A DNA stretch of 54,324 bases, taken from positions 1-54,324 of the forward strand of contig DASYUW010000013.1 of assembly GCA_036000845.1 (NCBI GenBank), in the 5' to 3' direction. The translations under genes were made by a program, and so were the position numbers. Positions 18,085-26,433 of this stretch are shown one piece after another. Position 1 is the stretch's first letter. Every line of letters starts with the position of its first letter. The DNA comes from Burkholderiales bacterium (GTDB lineage: Bacteria > Pseudomonadota > Gammaproteobacteria > Burkholderiales > JACQAP01). The notes under the pieces are model-generated. The model made no database searches and was not told where the DNA came from. It worked only from the letters and a program-made list of their open reading frames with translations.

Positions 18085-18824
18085 TTACGCGCAGAGTCTC
18101 GGTCATTCTCACTGCCTGGCAACGGCCGCAATATCTTGAAGAGCAGGTCGAGCGAGTTCTTCGCCAGACGGTTCCACCCCACGAAATTGTCCTGTGGTAC
18201 AACCAACCACCGGATGCGTTGGGGTTTATCAATCGGAAACAGTTGCTGAAATTCCGCAACGCAGACAAGGTAAGGAAAATTGTCTGCGATCACAATTTCG
18301 GCATCATTCCCCGTTTTCTGATGGCGTCCGCTATGGAAGGGGAATATGTCTGTATCTTCGACGACGACACGATGCCGGGACAGCGTTGGTTCGAGAATTG
18401 CCTGCGCTATGTCGATAGCGAAAAAACGATATGCGGAACGATAGGTCTGCGCTTTCTCTCGCGGACCGAACCCAAGACCCAGGTACCACGGATGGGGTGG
18501 GATAGCTGCAACCAGGAACTCGAGTTCGTGGATATCGTGGGGCACAGCTGGTTCTTCCGGCGGGAGTGGGCTCGTCACTTCCTCGATCGAGAGCCTATCC
18601 TCAGAACTTTCGGTGAGGACATCCACTTCTGCGCCATGCTACAGCGGCACGGGATACGCGCCGCCTGTCCGCCCCACCCGTATAATGATGAGTCACTGTG
18701 GGGATCGGTTAAAGGGAAGCTCGGCGTGGACCGGGTCGCCATCAGCAGCAAGGACAGATCCAAGGACTACGGCAAGGTTCTACGCTACGAGGTCGAGAAC
18801 GGCTTCCAACTTATGCTCATATAA
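18081..18824 (+). CDS. GT-A fold glycosyltransferase (GT2-like)
   Basis: The GTG at 18081 overlaps the upstream stop (GTGA). It has VSVILTAWQRPQYLEEQVERVL and CIFDDDTMPG (DxD). Confidence 0.55.
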   Translation: MITRRVSVILTAWQRPQYLEEQVERVLRQTVPPHEIVLWYNQPPDALGFINRKQLLKFRNADKVRKIVCDHNFGIIPRFLMASAMEGEYVCIFDDDTMPGQRWFENCLRYVDSEKTICGTIGLRFLSRTEPKTQVPRMGWDSCNQELEFVDIVGHSWFFRREWARHFLDREPILRTFGEDIHFCAMLQRHGIRAACPPHPYNDESLWGSVKGKLGVDRVAISSKDRSKDYGKVLRYEVENGFQLMLI

Positions 18825-18889
18825 TTCTCGCCGGAGAGAACTCGGCGGACTCGGGAATTGGAACATTGGATGCGGTGAGGGGTAAAAAG

Positions 18890-19618
18890 ATGATGAAGCG
18901 GCAGTTTCAGGAAGATCTTGAAGAAATGTTCCGTTTGATTATTGAGTCAGACTCTCTCGCCTTGGCGCGTTTTGCCGATGGGGAGGCCAGTGTCCTAAAA
19001 AACACGACGGTCGGCAACAAGGACGGCTGGCTGTATAAAAAGGACAGGAACCTGGTATTCCGAAGGGACCTGCGGCGTTCGCTGTTGTGTGTCGAGCAGA
19101 ATTACCTTTATGGTATTTCTTGCACCTGCTGCGATAAGGTAAACCATGAGTTTTTTTTGAAATCGGTTCGCGCGCCGCTTGAACAACTGACATTCTCCAA
19201 CCTCTGGGTAAATGCCAACTACCGCCTGTTCAAGGAGCGGTTTCTGCCCGTGGTGCGCGAATCGAAGAAGCCAGTCGTAATCTGCTCAGGGAGCAAAGCT
19301 CAGATTTCCGAACTGGAGAGAGATATCATAATTCGAGATTTTATTCCCATTCCGGGAAACTGCGTCGATTACTGGGAGAAAAACCGAACCCAGATACGCG
19401 GGCTGATGGATTTAAAAGCGAGTCAATACAGCAATACCGTCTTCTTGTTCGCGGCGGGGCCCTTATCCGAAATCCTCATCCACGAGATGTGGCAAGCCAA
19501 CCCGCGCAACATTTATCTCGATATCGGCTCAACGCTCGATCCGATACTGTTTCGACGCCGTTCGCGCGCCTACCATAACGACGACGATACGTTCGTCAAT
19601 CGAGTCTGCGTTTGGTAA
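18890..19618 (+). CDS. Possible GT-D/DUF1792-like glycosyltransferase
   Basis: ATG with gagggg upstream. The N-terminal LARFADGEASVL resembles the RFGDGE motif I associate with DUF1792. Otherwise unrecognised. Confidence 0.35.
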   Translation: MMKRQFQEDLEEMFRLIIESDSLALARFADGEASVLKNTTVGNKDGWLYKKDRNLVFRRDLRRSLLCVEQNYLYGISCTCCDKVNHEFFLKSVRAPLEQLTFSNLWVNANYRLFKERFLPVVRESKKPVVICSGSKAQISELERDIIIRDFIPIPGNCVDYWEKNRTQIRGLMDLKASQYSNTVFLFAAGPLSEILIHEMWQANPRNIYLDIGSTLDPILFRRRSRAYHNDDDTFVNRVCVW

Positions 19619-19641
19619 CGAGTAACGACGGATGATACGTG

Positions 19642-20799
19642 ATGCGGCCACTTCAGATTTGGCGCCGCAAGCTCAGAGCCGACAGGAACTTCAGGCGTTT
19701 GCATAAAGAGTTGGTGCACTATCGCGCCGCGTTCGAGTCCCAGGACCTTGCGATCCCTGGCGATGAGGAAATCCGCAGGCGTATTGCCAGCCGCTTTCCG
19801 AGTAAACGTATACGTGCCAAGGAAAATCTCCGCTTACTTGCAATTTATCATAGCTACAACTGGGAGGAGTCCTCACTTGCCCCATCACTCGGCGCGTTTG
19901 GTACGGTGCGGCACCTCGATTGGAGCGACCCAATGCTGGCCGACGGGCTTAAGCCAGGCCATCGCCTTTGGAGGGAGAGGATGAATGAAGGCTTGCTGCG
20001 GACAGCGGCTGAGTGGAACGCCAAACATCCCTTCGATGCAGTATTCACCTACCTTTCAGGAAATCATGTGGCTCCTGAGACGGTCGCAGCTTTACGCGCG
20101 CTTGGGGCGCCGATCATAAACCTGTCCCTGAACGACAAGGAGGCATTTGTCGGCAAGCTTTGCGCAGGAGTGGCAACGGGGATGCGCGACCTATGCCGGC
20201 ACTTCGACCTGTGCTGGACCAGTACCATCGACGCGCTCGAAAAATACGTCGTCGAGGGAGCGACTCCGCTTTACCTGCCGGAAGGAGCGAACCCGGAAGT
20301 TCACCGGCCGTATGAAGAGGAGAAGATATTCGATGTCTCCTTTGTCGGACAGTGCTACGGCAACCGGCCAGAGGTCATCTCCCGATTGCGCGACGCGGGA
20401 ATTCGCGTCGAGGCATTCGGACCCGGTTGGCCTCAGGGTCCGCTCACTACTGAAGAGATGGTCCGCACGTGGTCGCGCAGCAAAATCAACCTGGGTTTCA
20501 GCGGTGTTCTGGATCACCGGGAAACATTCTGCCTGAAAGGGCGCGATTTTGAGGTACCGATGAGCGGCGGGCTCTATCTTACGGAGCACCACGACGAGCT
20601 AATTCGATTCTACGAAATCGGCCGCGAGATCGTCACCTATCGCAATACGAACGAACTGCTAACCAATGTCCAACGGCTGCTTGCCTACCCCAACGAAGCG
20701 GAGGCTATACGGCACGCCGGCCGGATGCGCGCCTTGCGCGAACACACGTGGGAAATGCGTTTCGATCGAGTGTTCCGGCTGATGGGCGTTCTTGCCTAG
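19642..20799 (+). CDS. CgeB-family/Glyco_trans_1_2-like glycosyltransferase
   Basis: The C-terminal half (FVGQCYGNRPEVISRL...KINLGFS...RDFEVPMSGGLYLTEH...EIVTYR) matches the pattern of CgeB-like spore-maturation/GT1-type proteins as I recall it. Confidence 0.5.
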   Translation: MRPLQIWRRKLRADRNFRRLHKELVHYRAAFESQDLAIPGDEEIRRRIASRFPSKRIRAKENLRLLAIYHSYNWEESSLAPSLGAFGTVRHLDWSDPMLADGLKPGHRLWRERMNEGLLRTAAEWNAKHPFDAVFTYLSGNHVAPETVAALRALGAPIINLSLNDKEAFVGKLCAGVATGMRDLCRHFDLCWTSTIDALEKYVVEGATPLYLPEGANPEVHRPYEEEKIFDVSFVGQCYGNRPEVISRLRDAGIRVEAFGPGWPQGPLTTEEMVRTWSRSKINLGFSGVLDHRETFCLKGRDFEVPMSGGLYLTEHHDELIRFYEIGREIVTYRNTNELLTNVQRLLAYPNEAEAIRHAGRMRALREHTWEMRFDRVFRLMGVLA

Positions 20800-21848
20800 C
20801 CACTTCTCCTTAGGAGGTTCCGAAGCACTTCGTCGACCGTTTGGAGCACTGTTTCGGAACCCAGCAGGTCCAGGCGCCGGCTTTGGTGCGTATCGTCACG
20901 CCCCATTCTGTGGCGCGGCACGTAGTTCGGTGTCGGGGTTACGATTTTGTGCAAGTCACTGACCACCCGCCATGCACGCCAGTCCGTGGGGCCGTGGATC
21001 GTTACGGTGGGTGTGCCAAGGGCTGCGGCGATATGAGGAGCGGCACTGTCCACCCCCACGTGAAGCGTGCTCATGGCGATTACGGCGGCGAGTTCACCAA
21101 GCGTGGTGCGCCCCGCTAGTGTGAGTGTTCGACCTCTAGCGGTTGCAACGATATCCACACAGCCGGCTACATCCTCTTGCGATCCAATCAATACCACTGG
21201 AAGCCCGTGTTCCTCCCACACCCGCTCTATGAGCTCCTTCCACTTGCTGCTATCCCATTCTTTGTACTTCCACCGCGAAAACGGATTGATCGTGACCCAC
21301 CGCTCATCGGGCGAAAGCCGCAATTCCGCAAGCAACTCAATTGCGCGCGCATGATCTGCGGGGGAAACATACAGCCGTGGTATGGAATCAGCCGTGTCGA
21401 TGCCGATCTCGCGCACAACGCGCAGCGATTGGTCGGCCCCAGGATGCACGGTCGGAGGACCGACCGGAGGATCGCGGATAATTTTCGTAAACAAAAGATC
21501 ATGCCAAAACGGCTTTTCGTCGCCATGCCTCCCGACCCGGCAAGCGGCGCCCGTGAGAAAGGAGAGAATTGCACCCCGGTCGCCGGTTCTCACGTCAATC
21601 ACGAGGTCGTATTGGGCTTGTCGCAGACGGCGGGCTAAGCGTACGTACTCCCGAATAACGTGGAACACCGTTCCGCGGATACTAGCAGTTTCGACTACCT
21701 CACCGAGGTTCGGATCAGCCGACAGCAGGCTGCCATACGGCTTGCGCACCAAGACAGACAAACGGGCATGGGGATGCGTTTCCTTGATGGCGCGGATGGT
21801 CGGGGTCGCGAGCACCACGTCACCAATGTCACCGAGTTGAACGAGCAA
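20796..21848 (-). CDS. Glycosyltransferase family 9 (heptosyltransferase-like)
   Basis: LVQLGDIGDVVLATPTIRAIKE and LHVGVDSAAPHIAAALGTPTVTIHGP are GT9 signatures. The only available start is TTG 21848, so the N-terminus is short or uncertain. Confidence 0.75.
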   Translation of the reverse strand: MLVQLGDIGDVVLATPTIRAIKETHPHARLSVLVRKPYGSLLSADPNLGEVVETASIRGTVFHVIREYVRLARRLRQAQYDLVIDVRTGDRGAILSFLTGAACRVGRHGDEKPFWHDLLFTKIIRDPPVGPPTVHPGADQSLRVVREIGIDTADSIPRLYVSPADHARAIELLAELRLSPDERWVTINPFSRWKYKEWDSSKWKELIERVWEEHGLPVVLIGSQEDVAGCVDIVATARGRTLTLAGRTTLGELAAVIAMSTLHVGVDSAAPHIAAALGTPTVTIHGPTDWRAWRVVSDLHKIVTPTPNYVPRHRMGRDDTHQSRRLDLLGSETVLQTVDEVLRNLLRRSG

Positions 21849-22111
21849 TATATTGCGGAAGGAGTTGATCTTGTCTCCTTCACTTCGTGAAATGGAAAAG
21901 CTCGCAGTTATTTCTCAGGGCGCGTTTTCCCCACTCCATATGACTTGCTTCCATCGAGCAGCGTCGTTATTAATTCGGCAGAGGGGGTGCTCCTTACCGA
22001 CAGGCCGATACATTGCGACAGAAATAGAGTTCACCGATACTCAAATCCATCCTTCGAACGCATCACCTCTAAAAGGCGAACCGCCGGAGAAGCACAGAAA
22101 GCGATGTAACC

Positions 22112-23053
22112 TTACCCTGCGTCGCCCACTCTTCCAACAAGATAATTGTTCCCTGGAAGGTGTTCGATCCTCCAACTGTGCCAAGCAAATTTCGTATTGA
22201 ATTCTTTCCACCGATCAAAATACTGCACGTTATTTACTTCCCCAAATGTATCCTGATAAGCGATAAGAATTGATCCGAAGTCAGATATCATAGGTAAGAC
22301 CAAATCCCTGACTTCGATTGGGCACTCGCTTACTGACCATGTAGCCACGAACATGCGTTCATTTGCTTCAATCCTTTCTCTAAGCGCAGTTAACTCCTGA
22401 AGATCTGAAATACACGCGATCCCAGTCCTTGACTTTGCAATGTCGATCGAAGATTTGACAGGAAGGCCAATCGTTCCCAGAAAATACCTTTGCAACATGG
22501 AAAACGGGGCCAGATCGAAAATTATGTACCTGCCGCTAAATCCCAAATTGTAGAACAACCGACACATGCTTCCATAGCCACCACCAAATTCAAAGACAAA
22601 ATCTATATCACGAACTTGAACTCCGGTCCTTTCTTCAAATTGGGCAACATGATAAGCGTGATGTATCAAAGTGCCGCTACTGGCAGAATAGTAGACGCAG
22701 GGAATTGGACGGCCCACGCGTGATTCTTTGAGTGCCCGACACCAGCGCGCATTCCAGTCGGATCGACGTTTGAGGTATTTCAGTTCCGTAAGAATATAAC
22801 GAGCATTGCCAACGAACATGGTTTGAGAAATCACATCCCATCGCAAAAACTCCCTGGGATCCTGACTCAAGACCAGCTCTCTTAAACGGTTCATGTTGTT
22901 CAACCACGCCGCTTCCGACGGCGAAGCGTCAATAGCATCCAAAATCGGCAAGTCACGGAAAGTCATTCTAAGCTCAGAAAGAAAACCAAGTTCTTTTCTG
23001 GATGGTGACGGCAATGGCTTTTCGAAGACAAGGCTCAGCAATTTCTTGAGCAT
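22112..23053 (-). CDS. Putative sugar O-methyltransferase
   Basis: FVFEFGGGYGSMCRLF is a SAM-binding glycine loop. The architecture resembles the 'putative sugar O-methyltransferase' family found in O-antigen loci. This is the lowest-GC gene in the window. Confidence 0.5.
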   Translation of the reverse strand: MLKKLLSLVFEKPLPSPSRKELGFLSELRMTFRDLPILDAIDASPSEAAWLNNMNRLRELVLSQDPREFLRWDVISQTMFVGNARYILTELKYLKRRSDWNARWCRALKESRVGRPIPCVYYSASSGTLIHHAYHVAQFEERTGVQVRDIDFVFEFGGGYGSMCRLFYNLGFSGRYIIFDLAPFSMLQRYFLGTIGLPVKSSIDIAKSRTGIACISDLQELTALRERIEANERMFVATWSVSECPIEVRDLVLPMISDFGSILIAYQDTFGEVNNVQYFDRWKEFNTKFAWHSWRIEHLPGNNYLVGRVGDAG

Positions 23054-23158
23054 TCGTTAATCCCTCCTCTGATCTTCGGGAAAAGTCTGCACGATCTAGG
23101 GCGCGCCGTATCTCGGCGCCCTAAACGCAATTACTGTAAGATCGGGAAACCACGCCGG

Positions 23159-23806
23159 TCAAACCGGCGGCGGCGTAATTCGGATACAATCGTCCTCCAC
23201 CGTGACTTGCGCCTCACTCCGCATGGCATGAACGAAACGCGTCAAGTCATCGATGGAGGGATAAGCCGGGTCAGCTCCAAAACATCGCGCGTCGTCGACG
23301 AGTATTACGTGTTCGGTTTCTGAAGAGTTCAGTATGTGGTGCAGTTCTTCGAAAATCGGGGTATCTTTTTCGCCTCTCGCAGTCTCACCAGCGGAGTAAT
23401 GCCCGTCGAGATAGAAAAGAGCGGGTTGGTCTATTCTATTCACGATACGTCCAAGCTCCGTGCCGCTGTCGCCGTGGATGATCTCGATATGCTTGAAGGA
23501 CTTGAATCTTTCTCTCGCCTTCTCAAATAATCCGCGGCTCAACTCAATTGAGTATATTCGATCGAAAAGATCTTTCATGGCTTCGACCGTGTCGCCGCGA
23601 TATGTTCCAGTCTCGACAAATACCCTCAAATCGTATTTTGCCGCGTACGCTCTTATCACTCCTCGCTTTATTTGGGGTGGCGGCGGACTTGGGCGACCAC
23701 TGCGTTCCCAGTCTCTCAGCTCCCGCGCCTGCTTTCTTCGGCGCCGCCAGTTCCGATACGCGTTGTACCAGTTCGTTGTCTTCAGTTTTCTAAGCGTCGC
23801 GCTCAT
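23159..23806 (-). CDS. Putative class I SAM-dependent methyltransferase (paralog of 13521-14375)
   Basis: ETGTYRGDTVEAM, IIHGDS, FYLDGHY and VILVDDARCF. The motif order is shared with the ORF at 13521-14375. Confidence 0.5.
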   Translation of the reverse strand: MSATLRKLKTTNWYNAYRNWRRRRKQARELRDWERSGRPSPPPPQIKRGVIRAYAAKYDLRVFVETGTYRGDTVEAMKDLFDRIYSIELSRGLFEKARERFKSFKHIEIIHGDSGTELGRIVNRIDQPALFYLDGHYSAGETARGEKDTPIFEELHHILNSSETEHVILVDDARCFGADPAYPSIDDLTRFVHAMRSEAQVTVEDDCIRITPPPV

Positions 23807-23923
23807 ACGTTACTTCCCACAGTAGGCCATGCGACCAGCTGCCAAGAAACACTAACTACACCCGTTAACGGACATGTGGCATGCAATCGCATTCAACCAA
23901 ACAGGTATCACACACGACAACCC

Positions 23924-24877
23924 TTATTCTCTGAGCAATTGCTCGAAATAATCGATTGTTCTCGCCAACCCGGCGTCGAGCGAGACGCCGGGTTTCCAGC
24001 CCAGGTGTTTCTTAGCGAGTTCAATATCGGGACAGCGCTGAGTCGGATCGTCCGATGGTAGAGGTTTGCGCACCAGCTTTGACTTGGACCGAGTCATGAA
24101 TACCACTTTTTCGGCGAGCTCCAGAATCGTGAACTCCGATGGATTGCCAAGATTGACTGGTCCGGTCAATTCGTCCCCGGTATTCATCAGCCGTATTAAG
24201 CCGTCTATCAGATCGTCCACATAGCAGAACGACCGGGTCTGCGATCCGTCCCCGTAAATCGTAATGTCCTCACCCTCGAGAGCCTGGACGATGAAGTTGG
24301 AAACGACCCGGCCGTCGTGAGGATGCATGTTGGGCCCGTAGGTGTTGAAGATGCGGGCCACCTTGATTCGGAGTCGGTGCTGCCGCCAGTAGTCGAAGAA
24401 CAATGTCTCCGCGCAGCGCTTACCCTCGTCATAACATGAACGCACGCCGATCGGATTGACGTTTCCCCAGTAATCTTCGCGTTGCGGATGCACTGTCGGA
24501 TCGCCGTAGACCTCGCTGGTGGACGCTTGGAGAATCCTGGCTTTGACTCGCTTGGCGAGGCCGAGCATGTTGATCGCGCCGTGCACGCTCGTCTTGGTGG
24601 TCTGCACCGGGTCGAACTGGTAGTGAATCGGCGATGCGGGGCAAGCCAGGTTGTAGATCTCGTCCACCTCTACGTAGAGCGGAAACGTGACGTCGTGCCT
24701 GAGCAGTTCAAAGTGCGGATTCCCGAACAGGTCCCTTACATTGTCCTTGGTACCCGTATAGAAATTGTCCACGCAGAGTACGTCATTGCCCTCGGCAACG
24801 AGGCGTTTGCACAAGTGCGACCCGAGGAATCCCGCTCCTCCGGTTACCAAAATCCGGGTTCTCAGAGAGCTACTCAT
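23924..24877 (-). CDS. uxs: UDP-glucuronate decarboxylase (UDP-xylose synthase)
   Basis: [28 protein letters not shown] (YxxxK) and [21 protein letters not shown] form the classic UXS pattern in a 317-aa protein. Confidence 0.9.
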   Translation of the reverse strand: MSSSLRTRILVTGGAGFLGSHLCKRLVAEGNDVLCVDNFYTGTKDNVRDLFGNPHFELLRHDVTFPLYVEVDEIYNLACPASPIHYQFDPVQTTKTSVHGAINMLGLAKRVKARILQASTSEVYGDPTVHPQREDYWGNVNPIGVRSCYDEGKRCAETLFFDYWRQHRLRIKVARIFNTYGPNMHPHDGRVVSNFIVQALEGEDITIYGDGSQTRSFCYVDDLIDGLIRLMNTGDELTGPVNLGNPSEFTILELAEKVVFMTRSKSKLVRKPLPSDDPTQRCPDIELAKKHLGWKPGVSLDAGLARTIDYFEQLLRE

Positions 24878-25149
24878 CGATCACGCTAGGTTTGTTGTCA
24901 TTTGGTAACAAGGACAGGTCGGCAGGGGCCGACAATATCTCTCGACCTCGCGTCGCGACAGCAGCCTTCGCAGTTTTGCCGTGTGTCAAGGATTGCACAC
25001 TGACTTGTCACGCCGAAGTGTTCGAGGACGCTGCATTCTATTCGATTATCTTTTCCTGAGGAAACAACTGGGCTTCAGAAGCACGGTGCCGTTCCTGACG
25101 CCAGGAAGTCCAGCCAAAAACTCCCGCCGAAGGAACGCATCTTGGGAAG

Positions 25150-25470
25150 CACCCTAGACGCCGGCTGCGCGAACCAGCCGTGGGAATAATGGCTTTTTAT
25201 ACGCGATCCTACGGGGCGACGGGCGGCATAAGGGCCTTTCGGCTGACCAGCAAAGTTTCAACCAGCCGAAGCAAAAACTTTCAATTGGCCAGCGATAAGC
25301 GTGCCGGTGTGAGTCAGGCGCAGGTCCTGGACGCACCTCATCCAGCAGGGCCACCAGTTCAGCCTTGGCATACTTTTTCAGCGAGGAAAGTGACGGCGCG
25401 CACTTGCCCGCCCGAAGGCCAGTTCCGCAGCCTCCTCAATGGCGCGCCAGCCGCGCACTTCAATGCCGCC
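25150..25470 (-). mobile_element. Possible degenerate N-terminal (HTH) remnant of an IS630-type transposase
   Basis: Minus-strand frames read AIEEAAELAFGRASARR, then after a frameshift SLKKYAKAELVALLDEVRPGPAP. This resembles the HTH ... L.GLLDEPRPGAPR segment of IS630-type transposases. It is heavily decayed and the call is weak. Confidence 0.3.
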
Positions 25471-25476
25471 GCGCGA

Positions 25477-26210
25477 CTACGCCGCCTTGCCGCCGTAGAT
25501 CAGTGCCCCCTCCCTGCCGCCTGCCCAGCCGAGAAAATGTCCGAGGGTGTCGAACCAGTCGCCGGCCACCGTCCGGCCCGCCTTGAATTCAACCGGATAG
25601 AGCGTTTTTCCGCGCTCGACGATGAGGTCGATCTCGCGGCCGCTGCTCTCGCGCCAGTAGTAGAGCGCCGGGGCAAGCAGCCGGTTCGCCCGGTATTTCA
25701 CGAATTCCGCCGCCGCCCAGGTCTCGAACAGTGGCCCGCGCATGGCGCCGTGCACAAGCTGCTCCGGCCGTTCCACGCCCGTCAGCCAGGCTGCAAGCCC
25801 CGTGTCATAGAAGTAAATTTTTGGCGTTTTCACGACGCGCTTGCCGAAATTGCGGTGGTGCGGCGGCAGCAGGAGGACGAGATAGCTTGCCTCGAGGACG
25901 GAAACCCACGCCTTGGCGGTGTTGTGAGTGACGCCGCAGTCGGCGGCGAGCGCGGAAAGGTTGAGCGCCTGAGCAGTGCGCGCGGCGCACATGCGCACAA
26001 AGCGGCGGAAAGCGGAGAGGTCGCGAACATTCACCATCTGGCGCACGTCGCGCTCGATGTAGGTGGCCATGTAGTCCGCGTACCACAGATGCGGCGGTAC
26101 ACCGCGGGCTTGTACAGGCGGGTACAGGCCCTGCCAGAGCAAGGTTTCGAGGTCAGCGGGTGCCCTGGTGCCGAGTTCGCTCGCGGTAAAAAGTCTGCAT
26201 ATTGTCAATT
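25477..26210 (-). pseudogene. 5'-truncated AAA-ATPase/DUF4143 family gene
   Basis: YIERDVRQM..., LSAFRRFVRMCAARTAQALNLSALAADCGVTHNTAKAWVSVLEASYLV and PKIYFYDTGLAAWL are DUF4143-family blocks. The N-terminal AAA domain, which I estimate at about 150 aa, is absent. Homology stops near the palindrome at 26196-26226. Confidence 0.6.
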
Positions 26211-26226
26211 CTATTGACAATATGCA
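26196..26226. repeat. Perfect 14-bp inverted repeat with 3-nt spacer
   Basis: tgcatattgtcaat-tct-attgacaatatgca. It is AT-rich and lies exactly where the DUF4143 homology ends. Confidence 0.8.
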
Positions 26227-26246
26227 AAAACATGCCCTCTGGCGCA

Positions 26247-26380
26247 ATCGAGTGATTGGCCGATTGCGCGATTGGGTGATTGGATGACTGAATCACTGAA
26301 TCGCTGAATCACTGAATCACTCCGGGCGACAGAGCTGGTCTTTGCATTAGGCCTTTCCGACGTGTCCTCCGTGGTGAGCG
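26247..26380. repeat. GTGATTGG/TGAATCAC mirror array plus an inverted partial copy of the CACGGAGGA element
   Basis: gagtgattgg..gattgggtgattggatgac then tgaatcac tgaatcgc tgaatcac tgaatcac (26247-26322). The reverse complement of 26331-26380 aligns to 4821-4868 with 3 mismatches and a 1-nt indel. Confidence 0.75.
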
Positions 26381-26433
26381 TTTTCACGAGAAAACCATGG
26401 CGACGCCGGCATGCGGGGCCGTGCACGCCGACA

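Noticed and set aside
24878-25149. JUMPStart/ops (GGCGGTAG) antitermination element upstream of the glycan operons
   Set aside because: I scanned intergenic regions for ggcggtag and its complement ctaccgcc. The only occurrences noticed (near 3100 and 19212) are inside coding sequence, so no ops element can be claimed.
15290-25470. Hypothesis that the two IS630-like fragments (plus strand at 15290-15600, minus strand at 25150-25470) are halves of one IS split by a 10-kb inversion
   Set aside because: The strand orientations are compatible. However, the reciprocal junction should carry the missing uxs N-terminus on the plus strand just left of 25150. I translated 24880-25150 by eye and found no GGAGFLGSH-type sequence. 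The two fragments would also leave roughly 40 residues unaccounted for. Un-inverting does not improve gene co-directionality. Deletion scars are the simpler reading.
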